Source: Candidatus Taylorbacteria bacterium RIFCSPHIGHO2_01_FULL_46_22b
GTDB taxonomy: Bacteria > Patescibacteriota > Minisyncoccia > Phycocordibacterales > DSPV01
Assembly: GCA_001820875.1 (NCBI GenBank)
Contig: MHRF01000007.1
Location: 59,318 to 118,804 of the forward strand
Direction of reading: 5' to 3'
Length of the DNA: 59,487 nt
Each line of letters opens with the position of its first letter. The stretch's first letter is position 1. The position numbers and the translations under genes are program-made. The notes under the pieces were generated by a model. It saw nothing but the letters and a program-made list of their open reading frames with translations, was not told the origin of the DNA and did not search any database. This document shows, one piece after another, positions 1 through 6,949 of the stretch.

Positions 1-13
1 ATATAGTTACTCT

Positions 14-298
14 ATGGAATCACTCATAAAGGCAGATATTTTTTTCTTCATAGCTTCGATTGCGACGATTGTGTTGACGGTGCTTGTGTCTATTCTCTTA
101 TTTTATTTCATTAAAGCGGGAAAGAACCTGTACGCACTTTCAGAGGCACTCAAAGAAGGTTTTAAGGGGTCGGAAGAGTTTGTCATGGAGCTCAAAGAAC
201 GGCTGGAAGATAATATTGTATTTCGACTCTTTTTCCCTCCCTCGCGCAAACGGCGCAGGACGGCATTAAAAAACGATAGCATTAAGGATAGTCATTAA
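14..298 (+). CDS. small membrane protein, unknown function
   Basis: 94-aa ORF. One N-terminal hydrophobic helix (FFFIASIATIVLTVLVSILLFYFI) followed by a charged tail. No family recognised. Confidence 0.45.
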   Translation: MESLIKADIFFFIASIATIVLTVLVSILLFYFIKAGKNLYALSEALKEGFKGSEEFVMELKERLEDNIVFRLFFPPSRKRRRTALKNDSIKDSH

Positions 299-322
299 CC
301 GAACGAAGTAATTTAAAAGATA

Positions 323-715
323 ATGAAAAAGAAGAACGCAGGAAAAAGTTCTGATGCGGTGAAGGTTGCCGTAATCGGTGTGAGTGTCGCCGCACTCGCG
401 GCGACCGCCTACTTTTTTCTAGGCCCTAACGGAAAAAAACGTCAGAAACAGGTACGGGCGTGGGCAATCAAGATGAAAGGTGATGTAGTTGAGAAACTTG
501 AGCAGGTTCGCGAGGTCAGCGAGCCCGTGTATCATGAGATCATTGATTCAGTGGCGGCAGAATACGAGAAGGGAAAGAAGGCAAGCCGAGAAGAGATAAC
601 AGACTTGGCGCGAGATTTGAAAAAACATTGGAAAACGATTGGCGATTCAGTGCGAGTAGTTAGGCGAGATGTCGTGAGAGGTGTAAAGCGGGTTGGAAAA
701 AAGGCGAAGCTTTAG
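323..715 (+). CDS. YtxH-like membrane-anchored helical protein
   Basis: 130-aa ORF. A TM helix is followed by LGPNGKKRQKQVR, resembling the YtxH motif (xAPKSGKETR). The rest is charged and helical. Confidence 0.55.
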   Translation: MKKKNAGKSSDAVKVAVIGVSVAALAATAYFFLGPNGKKRQKQVRAWAIKMKGDVVEKLEQVREVSEPVYHEIIDSVAAEYEKGKKASREEITDLARDLKKHWKTIGDSVRVVRRDVVRGVKRVGKKAKL

Positions 716-809
716 ACACACGCTTGTTTTTTTGTGCCAATTTTGTTGAAGATTTGGCACGACATATGTTTACGAAAACACCACGGCGTGTTGTGTTGTA
801 GCTATCCAC

Positions 810-839
810 TTGACCAGTGAACGTTCGTTCACCTATACT
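810..839 (+). promoter_or_regulatory. sigma70-type promoter with embedded LexA (SOS) box
   Basis: TTGACC (810-815), 18 nt, TATACT (834-839). The spacer holds the palindrome GTGAACGTTCGTTCAC (817-832), which contains GAAC-N4-GTTC, the Gram-positive-type LexA box. Confidence 0.6.
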
Positions 840-845
840 GTTTGT

Positions 846-1040
846 ATGTCACAGAGAGAGCACAACAAAGCAGTCATCAGCGAACTCCAGAAGATTAATG
901 AGATGATTGACCGCAAAATTATCAGGGGTGAAAACTACCGCATGGAGTCGAAGCGACACTTTGAACTTTTGCGTATGCTCAAGCGCGCTCGCTCACGCTG
1001 GAATTTGCATAACCTGCTTTCGGCGCTGACCCTTTTCTAA
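846..1040 (+). CDS. small SOS-box-controlled protein, unknown function (64 aa)
   Basis: The in-frame ATG at 846 lies 6 nt after the -10 box, so the mRNA is probably leaderless. The stop at 1038-1040 sits 1 nt before the lexA ATG. The protein is basic and helical with a hydrophobic C-terminus. Confidence 0.5.
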   Translation: MSQREHNKAVISELQKINEMIDRKIIRGENYRMESKRHFELLRMLKRARSRWNLHNLLSALTLF

Positions 1041-1041
1041 T

Positions 1042-1608
1042 ATGTATAACGAATATCAAGATAAGATTGTCTCATTTTTTAAGCAATACAAGCGTCTGCC
1101 TTCGTATCGCGAAGTGATGAAGCTTGTCGGGTTTAAGTCAAAAAATTCCGTTCATAAATTGATGAGCAAATTGGTAGAAGCGGGGATTCTCACTCGCGAT
1201 TCAAATGGAAAGTATGCGCCGAGCAATATCTTCGGCGAAGTTGCGGTGCTCGGTTTGGTGAAAGCGGGCCTCCCTGCTCCTGCAGAAGAAAGTGTTCAAG
1301 ACACGATGAGCTTGGATGATTACCTTATAGAGGGGACCGGATCAAGTTATCTGCTTGAAGTAGATGGAGACTCAATGATAGACGCCCATATTGCGGAGGG
1401 GGATATGGTGTTGGTTGAACGGACAAATAAGGCGAAGGACGGAGAGATTGTTATTGCCGAAGTCGATGGAGATTTTACGATGAAATATTTCAGACAGTCG
1501 GGGAACAAGGTATGGCTTGAACCGGCAAACAAAAACTACAAACCGATTTATCCTACTGAAAGTCTAAACATTACTGCAAAAGTAAAAGCGGTGATCAGGA
1601 AGTTTTAG
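1042..1608 (+). CDS. lexA: LexA repressor (wHTH plus S24 autopeptidase)
   Basis: N-terminal winged-helix region. Ala-Gly cleavage-site context VKAGLPAP, Ser motif DGDSM and Lys in FTMKYF. The length of 188 aa is typical. Confidence 0.85.
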   Translation: MYNEYQDKIVSFFKQYKRLPSYREVMKLVGFKSKNSVHKLMSKLVEAGILTRDSNGKYAPSNIFGEVAVLGLVKAGLPAPAEESVQDTMSLDDYLIEGTGSSYLLEVDGDSMIDAHIAEGDMVLVERTNKAKDGEIVIAEVDGDFTMKYFRQSGNKVWLEPANKNYKPIYPTESLNITAKVKAVIRKF

Positions 1609-1611
1609 GGG

Positions 1612-1798
1612 GGAGATGAGGGAAGAGGAATCGAGTCACGCATAATTTTCTGCTGAAAATTTGCGCGACCCCGTCTCGCGCCGCCGCGCTCCGACCGTTC
1701 GATTCCGCCCGCAAGCAAAGCAGCGACCAAAATATCTTGAGTACAGCGATTAGAGATTTGAAGTATCCTTGTGGTGTTTGCTTGCTCCATCTCCACCA
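1612..1798 (+). repeat. segment closed by an ssrA-type acceptor-like helix with encoded ACCA
   Basis: GGAGATG (1612-1618) can pair with CATCTCC (1788-1794), followed by ACCA. An internal GTTCGATTCC lies at 1697-1706 and a long-range stem CAAGCAAA/TTTGCTTG at 1712-1719/1777-1784. A terminator hairpin follows directly. No canonical tRNA or tmRNA fold could be derived. Confidence 0.3.
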
Positions 1799-1800
1799 AA

Positions 1801-1832
1801 CAAAAAAGGCACGCTTGCGCGTGCTCATTTTT
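1801..1832. terminator. bidirectional intrinsic terminator hairpin
   Basis: AAAAAAGGCACGC-TTGC-GCGTGCTCATTTTT, with an A-run upstream and a T-run downstream. It is flanked by the 12-nt inverted repeat CCATCTCCACCA (1787-1798) / TGGTGGAGATGG (1837-1848). Confidence 0.6.
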
Positions 1833-1865
1833 GAACTGGTGGAGATGGGCGGACGCTTGCGAGAC

Positions 1866-1983
1866 GCTTCGCTATCTCACACTTTGGAAACCCTCGGTTT
1901 TCCAACACTCGCCGACTCATTTCCTTCCTCCACGGGAAAGAATTCTCTTTCCCGACCCCTTTCTGTTCGATTCTCGCCATCTC
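1866..1983 (+). repeat. two-hairpin repeat motif, copy A (beside ssrA)
   Basis: Hairpins at 1884-1905 and 1933-1954, then the shared TTTCCCGACCCCTT (1948-1961). It ends in GTTCGATTCTCGCCATCTC (1965-1983), the reverse complement of the ssrA 3' end. Homologous to 6036-6153. Confidence 0.5.
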
Positions 1984-1997
1984 AAAATCTACAAATC

Positions 1998-2023
1998 AAA
2001 ACGCCCACTTTCGTGGGCGTTTT
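1998..2023. terminator. bidirectional intrinsic terminator downstream of ssrA
   Basis: AAAACGCCCAC-TTTC-GTGGGCGTTTT. It lies 9 nt past the ssrA 3' end on the minus strand. Confidence 0.7.
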
Positions 2024-2031
2024 GGAATTTT

Positions 2032-2425
2032 TGGAGATGGCGAGAATCGAACTCGCGTGCAAGAGAAAGAGGTGAATTGTTCTACAACATCTAGTTGGTC
2101 TGATTTTTTCGGCTCATGGGCTCAAGGCCAACAAAAAACACATGAGTATAGTTCTGTTCCCGCCGTGAGGCGATTCGGACGTGTTCCAGAACGGTAACAC
2201 ATCCTATCCCGAGATTATTATGCCCAAGCCAATGTATCGGAAGTCAATTGGTTGAACAGTGTGCGGTTTTTAAGCGTACACAAACGCAAAGTCCTTCGCA
2301 CCGAAGTACGGAGAAACTCGCGCTACTGCATTTTTGGCAGTTATAGTTTCCAGCCGTTTTAGGAGTTACTGGAGCTCCACGTTGCCCAAGACAACTCGTT
2401 TCTTTTGTCTATGCCGATCATCCCC
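2032..2425 (-). ncRNA. ssrA: tmRNA (SsrA), one-piece
   Basis: The minus-strand RNA starts GGGGATGATCGGCATAGAC and ends GCGAGTTCGATTCTCGCCATCTCCA. The 7-bp acceptor GGGGATG/CATCTCC carries the G3:U70 alanine identity pair, and the T-arm is GCGAG-TTCGATT-CTCGC. About 394 nt, adjacent to smpB. CCA is not encoded. Confidence 0.85.
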
Positions 2426-2496
2426 TTATGAAAAGCGACAAGCGATGAGCGAATAGCGATTAGGGTGACACCCCACTTTTCGCTGTTCGCTTTTCG

Positions 2497-2949
2497 CTAC
2501 TCACTATACTTTGTCAAAGTTCTCTGCATGTCGCGTTCGGCATCGCGTTTCTTCAGCGTTTCGCGCTTGTCGAATTTCTTCTTGCCTCGCGCAGTGGCTA
2601 TGGCCACTTTGATCCGCTTCCCCTTATTATACATCGAAACTGCCACAATTGTCAATCTCTTGGTACGCTCAATATCGCCAAGTTCAATAATTTCCTTTTT
2701 GGTAAGCAAGAGTTTTCGGTTTCTATCGGGGAAGTAGTGTTTGGGGGTGTTACTTGGCTGGTAGGGGGAGATGGTGGCGCCAAGCAGATAGGCCTCGCCA
2801 CCGCGTATAGTGACATGTGCACCATCGAGGTGGGCAAAACCGGAGCGGACAGCTCGAACTTCAAATCCAAGCAATTCAATACCCGCCTCGTAGGTATCGA
2901 GTAATTCATAGTTAAAACGGGCTTTTTTGTTGGTGGCGAGTTCTGCCAT
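2497..2949 (-). CDS. smpB: SsrA-binding protein SmpB
   Basis: 150 aa. KKARFNYEL...GIELLGFEV...LLLTKKEI and a basic C-terminal tail are typical of SmpB. Located next to ssrA. Confidence 0.95.
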   Translation of the reverse strand: MAELATNKKARFNYELLDTYEAGIELLGFEVRAVRSGFAHLDGAHVTIRGGEAYLLGATISPYQPSNTPKHYFPDRNRKLLLTKKEIIELGDIERTKRLTIVAVSMYNKGKRIKVAIATARGKKKFDKRETLKKRDAERDMQRTLTKYSE

Positions 2950-3084
2950 AGCGCTATACTAACAAATTTAGTGGTTATTGACGAGAGGTATATTTCCATG
3001 GTACTCTACGAGTCGGCTTTAGTTCTTCGTCACACGAAGAATCTGCCAGAACTCAACCCCAAACCCCAAACTACGGAGGAACCT

Positions 3085-3222
3085 ATGTTAGCAGACCTCG
3101 GCGGCAATATACTTGCCCTGTGTTGCGTGATCGGATTGTTGTATGTTTTGTTTTGGTGCCCCAAATCGGGTCACTCATCGAAGCGCATAGTTCCACCACC
3201 TCCTCACAACGAAGGCCCTTAA
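3085..3222 (+). CDS. small membrane protein (45 aa)
   Basis: The ATG is preceded by GGAGGA at 5-nt spacing. One TM helix (ILALCCVIGLLYVLFW). The longer ORF from 2971 has no RBS. Confidence 0.4.
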   Translation: MLADLGGNILALCCVIGLLYVLFWCPKSGHSSKRIVPPPPHNEGP

Positions 3223-3239
3223 CCGAAGGAGGAGGAGCT

Positions 3240-3548
3240 ATGGAAATAACAGTAACGCTGATAGCAGTTTGCACTGTCGCGCTGGTCTGGGGGGACCAGT
3301 ATCGGAAGCACAAGGCTTTTTTACGAAGATGCCCTCACTGCGATGACCCCAAGGTGATTCGTCGCCCCTACAAGTGGCGCGTACATCCATGGAACACATT
3401 CTACTGTGAGTGTACGATGGGACGTGAGTGCACCAACCCCGAATGTTCCCAGTGTGGTGTGGAGACAGAGGAACCCACTTACACAAAAGTTTTCTCCCCG
3501 TTTGAAATTAAGTGGAGGCAGAAGGTGAAGCGGGAGAAGATCGCTTGA
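3240..3548 (+). CDS. membrane-anchored zinc-ribbon protein (102 aa)
   Basis: The ATG is preceded by GGAGGAGGAG. An N-terminal TM helix is followed by the Cys pairs CPHCDD...CECTMGRECTNPECSQC. A terminator follows. Confidence 0.55.
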   Translation: MEITVTLIAVCTVALVWGDQYRKHKAFLRRCPHCDDPKVIRRPYKWRVHPWNTFYCECTMGRECTNPECSQCGVETEEPTYTKVFSPFEIKWRQKVKREKIA

Positions 3549-3555
3549 TTTGACT

Positions 3556-3592
3556 GGGCGGCGAACGCATGCGTTCGCCGCCCTCTTCTTTT
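3556..3592 (+). terminator. intrinsic terminator
   Basis: GGGCGGCGAACGC-AT-GCGTTCGCCGCCC followed by TCTTCTTTT. Confidence 0.7.
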
Positions 3593-3644
3593 CCCGAAAT
3601 CTTCTATTTCCCTTGTGTTTGTGTATAATACCTCTACTTCACAT

Positions 3645-5528
3645 ATGGAAACTGGTAAACCCAAAAAACCTCGTCTATTGTTCAATATTTCGACTGCGAT
3701 TATTATTTTTTTCGCATTAACGCTTGGGTACTCTCTTTTGACTGAAAATCAAGCACCGGCCAACCAGATTTCATTGTCCGAATTGGTTACTGATATCAAT
3801 GCAGGTAAAGTCTCGGCACTTTCTATCAACGGTGATGCGGTTGAAGTTACCTATACCGGTGAGACACCAGAAGTGAAAGCTGTGCGTAAAGAAGATAGCG
3901 TCTCTATACTTGATTCGCTCAAAAATTTAGGTGTTGATTCGAAAAAACTTTCGGCGATTGGTGTGACAGTCAAGACGCCCTCGGGATTTTCATTCTGGTT
4001 TTTCAATCTCGCACCATTCATTCTTCCGCTCGTGTTCATTCTTGTGTTTATCTGGTTTCTCTCGCGCCAAGTACGCGGGGCGGGGATGCAAGCATTCTCC
4101 TTTGGACAGTCAAAGGCACGTATGATCGCGCCTGATGACAAGCGTCAGCGTGTAACTTTTAAAGATGTTGCAGGTGTCAAAGAAGCAAAAGAAGAATTGA
4201 GCGAGGTGGTTGATTTTCTAAAAAACCCGCGGAAATTTTTTGAAATCGGAGCGCGGATCCCGAAAGGTATGCTTTTGATGGGTGCTCCCGGAACCGGAAA
4301 GACGCTTTTGGCGCGCGCAGTGGCGGGTGAGGCAGGTGTGGCATTTTTCTCAATTTCTGGATCGGAGTTTGTCGAGATGTTTGTGGGTGTTGGTGCAAGT
4401 CGCGTGCGGGATCTTTTTAAACTTGCTAAGCACACGGCGCCAGCGATTATTTTCATTGATGAAATTGATGCGGTAGGGCGCGTGCGAGGAACCGGTGTTG
4501 GTGGAGGAAATGACGAACGTGAGCAGACACTCAACCAAATCTTGGTGGAGATGGATGGATTTGAACCAACCGAGAAGGTAATTGTGATGGCAGCGACGAA
4601 TCGTCCTGATGTGCTTGATCCGGCACTTTTGCGTCCCGGACGTTTTGATCGCCGCGTGATACTCGATTTGCCTGATCGCAATGATCGCGAGGAGATTTTG
4701 AAGTTGCATTCACGCAAGAAACCGTTTGCCGAAGATGTGAATTTGCGGGTGATAGCCGAGCGAACTCCCGGATTCTCTGGCGCCGATCTTTATTCTCTGA
4801 TGAATGAAGGAGCGATTCTTGCTGCACGCGAAAATCGCACCAAAGTGTCGCAATATGATTTGATTCGGGCGATTGAGAAAGTGATGTTGGGTCCTGAACG
4901 CAAGAGCCATTTGTTGTCGGTGAAAGAAAAAGAGATTACCGCGTATCACGAAGCAGGGCACGCACTAGTTGCCTCGGTACTCCCATTTGCCGATCCGGTG
5001 CATAAGATTTCAATTATTTCTCGCGGACGGGCGGGAGGATACACGCTTAAACTTCCGCTTGAAGATCGCCGTCTCCAGTCTCGCAGAGAATTTCTGGATG
5101 ATATTTCTGTTTCGCTTGCCGGTTTTGTTGCGGAGCAAATGATGTTTAATGACGTAACGACTGGTCCCTCAAATGATTTGCAGGTGGCAAGTGCGCTGAC
5201 GCGCGACATGGTGACTAAATATGGCATGTCGGAGAAACTCGGTCCGATTGCCTATGAAGCATCAGCAGGAGTGCTCTACGGTAAACCATTTGCAGAGCGT
5301 GAATATTCCGAACGGATAAGTGCCGAGATTGATTCAGAGGTGTCTCATATTGTCGAAGGTGCTCTGAAGAAAGCGACTGATGTTTTGACAAAGCATAAAA
5401 AAGCACTGCAAGCGATTGCGGGGCGATTGATTGAAGTGGAGACAATCGAGCGCGATGATTTTGAAAAACTATTGATTGCAAACGGTATTGTGCCGAAACG
5501 AAAAGCGGAGATTGAGCACAAGGTGTAG
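3645..5528 (+). CDS. ftsH: ATP-dependent zinc metalloprotease FtsH
   Basis: Walker A GAPGTGKT, Walker B IIFIDEID, the SRH region and the HEAGH zinc motif. Two N-terminal TM helices. The ATG at 3645 was chosen because TGTGTATAAT (extended -10, 3620-3629) lies inside the longer ORF. Confidence 0.95.
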   Translation: METGKPKKPRLLFNISTAIIIFFALTLGYSLLTENQAPANQISLSELVTDINAGKVSALSINGDAVEVTYTGETPEVKAVRKEDSVSILDSLKNLGVDSKKLSAIGVTVKTPSGFSFWFFNLAPFILPLVFILVFIWFLSRQVRGAGMQAFSFGQSKARMIAPDDKRQRVTFKDVAGVKEAKEELSEVVDFLKNPRKFFEIGARIPKGMLLMGAPGTGKTLLARAVAGEAGVAFFSISGSEFVEMFVGVGASRVRDLFKLAKHTAPAIIFIDEIDAVGRVRGTGVGGGNDEREQTLNQILVEMDGFEPTEKVIVMAATNRPDVLDPALLRPGRFDRRVILDLPDRNDREEILKLHSRKKPFAEDVNLRVIAERTPGFSGADLYSLMNEGAILAARENRTKVSQYDLIRAIEKVMLGPERKSHLLSVKEKEITAYHEAGHALVASVLPFADPVHKISIISRGRAGGYTLKLPLEDRRLQSRREFLDDISVSLAGFVAEQMMFNDVTTGPSNDLQVASALTRDMVTKYGMSEKLGPIAYEASAGVLYGKPFAEREYSERISAEIDSEVSHIVEGALKKATDVLTKHKKALQAIAGRLIEVETIERDDFEKLLIANGIVPKRKAEIEHKV

Positions 5529-5619
5529 TGTTGACGTTTGAAAAGCCTATGTGATAAGGTGTGGATTGGTTTTGTCGTATCTACACTCCAAACTCCAACC
5601 TCAACTCCAGTCAAAACCT

Positions 5620-5916
5620 ATGACGACCCTAACTGTTCCTTGTTCGCAATGGAAGAACCTTTTGGACGAAGCCGCGGATCTGACAGCTGCGGAAGCAGTG
5701 ATACAAAGAGCCCTGCTCGCATCTCGGGAGGAACTGCTCGAGTTCCTTCACGCATTGTTTCTCGAATACGTTGGCCCTGATGGGGCCGGTGGAGGGTGCA
5801 ATGGCACTCGCGACCGCATCCAACAGGTTGCTCGGGTGATTCACCTGAACGACGTTGACCTCGAAGGTCTCGGTCTCAATCCGCACGATTTTCGTGCGAC
5901 GATCTTCTCTCACTGA
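5620..5916 (+). CDS. hypothetical protein, G+C-rich orphan (98 aa)
   Basis: An ORF with helical-looking sequence, followed by a strong terminator. No clear RBS, and the start is uncertain (5551 GTG is the alternative). The line 5761-5820 counts 39/60 G+C. Confidence 0.4.
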   Translation: MTTLTVPCSQWKNLLDEAADLTAAEAVIQRALLASREELLEFLHALFLEYVGPDGAGGGCNGTRDRIQQVARVIHLNDVDLEGLGLNPHDFRATIFSH

Positions 5917-5937
5917 CTTCGAGTTCTTCTCGTGCGC

Positions 5938-5974
5938 GCCGCGTGCCCTTTCAGGGCCGCGGCGTTTGTTTTTA
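5938..5974 (+). terminator. intrinsic terminator
   Basis: CGCCGCGTGCCCT-TTC-AGGGCCGCGGCG followed by TTTGTTTTT. Confidence 0.7.
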
Positions 5975-6035
5975 TGTATCGTCACGAGTCACAAAGTATT
6001 TTGTCCGCTGTCTTGGAGTCTCACTGCTCGCTCGA

Positions 6036-6153
6036 TTAACTCGCTCCGCTTTGAGAACCCACGGTTCTCAACGTCCCTCGAAGACTCGGGACTGCTCTCC
6101 GACACGGGAAACTCCCGTTTCCCGACCCCTTCCCATCGTTCGAGTCCAAGAGG
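6036..6153 (+). repeat. two-hairpin repeat motif, copy B (beside tRNA-Ile)
   Basis: Hairpins at 6051-6071 and 6105-6124, then TTTCCCGACCCCTT (6118-6131). It ends in GTTCGAGTCCAAGAGG (6138-6153), the reverse complement of the tRNA-Ile T-arm. Homologous to 1866-1983. Confidence 0.5.
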
Positions 6154-6190
6154 ACTCACTCGCTTCGCTCATTCCGCCCTCTTGGACTCG
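6138..6190. repeat. hairpin formed by an inverted and a direct partial copy of the tRNA-Ile 3' end
   Basis: CGAGTCCAAGAGG (6141-6153) pairs with CCTCTTGGACTCG (6178-6190). The stretch 6174-6190, CCGCCCTCTTGGACTCG, is identical to 6339-6355 inside the tRNA gene. Confidence 0.6.
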
Positions 6191-6274
6191 CCCGCGACTC
6201 AAAATTCGCTACCGCTCATTTTGGTCTGGGCACCAGCTCGCTTGTTTTTTCTATCGAAAAAACATAGCTCCGCT

Positions 6275-6310
6275 GTTCGAGTCCAGACGCAACTGAAGAA
6301 GTTCAGTTGC
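6275..6310. repeat. degenerate inverted T-arm copy plus hairpin just downstream of tRNA-Ile
   Basis: GTTCGAGTCCAGA (6275-6287), then the hairpin GCAACTGAA-GAAG-TTCAGTTGC (6289-6310). Confidence 0.5.
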
Positions 6311-6336
6311 TTAGGTCTGATACTCGCCGACTCGTA

Positions 6337-6410
6337 TCCGCCCTCTTGGACTCGAACCAAGGACCTACGAGGTATAAGCTCGTTGCTCTAACCAGCTGAG
6401 CTAAGGGCGG
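6337..6410 (-). tRNA. tRNA-Ile, anticodon UAU
   Basis: Folded by hand: acceptor CCGCCCT/AGGGCGG, D-arm GCTC-AGCTGGTTA-GAGC, anticodon arm ACGAG-CTTATAC-CTCGT (anticodon TAT), T-arm CTTGG-TTCGAGT-CCAAG, discriminator A. CCA is not encoded. Confidence 0.8.
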
Positions 6411-6519
6411 GTGTGTAGAAAAGAGTATAGCAGTAAATTTTTTAAAGCAAACTTTTTGTCTTTTGTTAAGTTGCTTAATCAAGCTGGCGGGAGTAGTCTT
6501 CTTGGTTAGGAGGTGAATT

Positions 6520-6888
6520 ATGAATCCCAAAGTGTTCTATAGGTATTGCAGGGAACTGGTTATGCTCCCTCAATCTCGATGGGTAGTCCGATTCGGTCCA
6601 AAGCTTGAGATCCGTCTCATGCCGACTCTCGGTACCGTCCCGGAGTTGTTTGATCCGGTACTCCCACTCTTGGCGGTTGCGATTGATGTTAAAGGTGAGA
6701 GAGAAATATACAAGGATGATCCGTGGATTGCCGCAGACGCTCTTGAACTTCCTTCCACTTTTGCTTCGCGGTTGATCATTGCTTCTACGCAAGCGAAAGG
6801 TCTTTCAAGTCCGATTTGTGAGGAGAGGGAGAATTTGATTTCTGCGCTTTGTGTCAGAACGAATCGAGTGCCACGGTGTGCGAATTAG
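6520..6888 (+). CDS. hypothetical protein (122 aa)
   Basis: The ATG is preceded by AGGAGGTG, and a terminator follows at 6911-6935. No family recognised. Confidence 0.55.
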   Translation: MNPKVFYRYCRELVMLPQSRWVVRFGPKLEIRLMPTLGTVPELFDPVLPLLAVAIDVKGEREIYKDDPWIAADALELPSTFASRLIIASTQAKGLSSPICEERENLISALCVRTNRVPRCAN

Positions 6889-6910
6889 CCACAAGGTGTT
6901 TGTGCGTTTT

Positions 6911-6935
6911 GGGCGCCCTGCAATGCAGGGCGCCC
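6911..6935. terminator. bidirectional terminator hairpin between convergent genes
   Basis: GGGCGCCCTG-CAATG-CAGGGCGCCC, with TTTT upstream and ATTCC downstream. Confidence 0.65.
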
Positions 6936-6949
6936 ATTCCTTTCTCTAA

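Noticed and set aside
1595-2094. ORFs 1595-1828(-), 1605-1799(-), 1737-2075(+) and 1771-2094(+)
   Set aside because: They lie in the lexA-ssrA spacer, which is full of hairpins, terminators and acceptor-sequence palindromes, and they run into ssrA. No RBS is present, and the amino-acid composition is odd (rich in R/W/C).
2465-2999. ORFs 2465-2737(+) and 2652-2999(-) overlapping smpB
   Set aside because: They are shadow frames of a confidently identified smpB.
3851-5614. Many antisense or out-of-frame ORFs inside ftsH (for example 4145-4717, 4350-4709 and 5345-5614)
   Set aside because: The FtsH frame has complete diagnostic motifs. The others are shadow ORFs rich in S/R/P.
5855-6391. ORFs 5855-6391(+) and 5943-6296(+)
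   Set aside because: They cross a terminator, an array of tRNA-fragment repeats and part of the tRNA-Ile gene. Their Ser/Arg/Leu-rich composition is typical of non-coding structured DNA.
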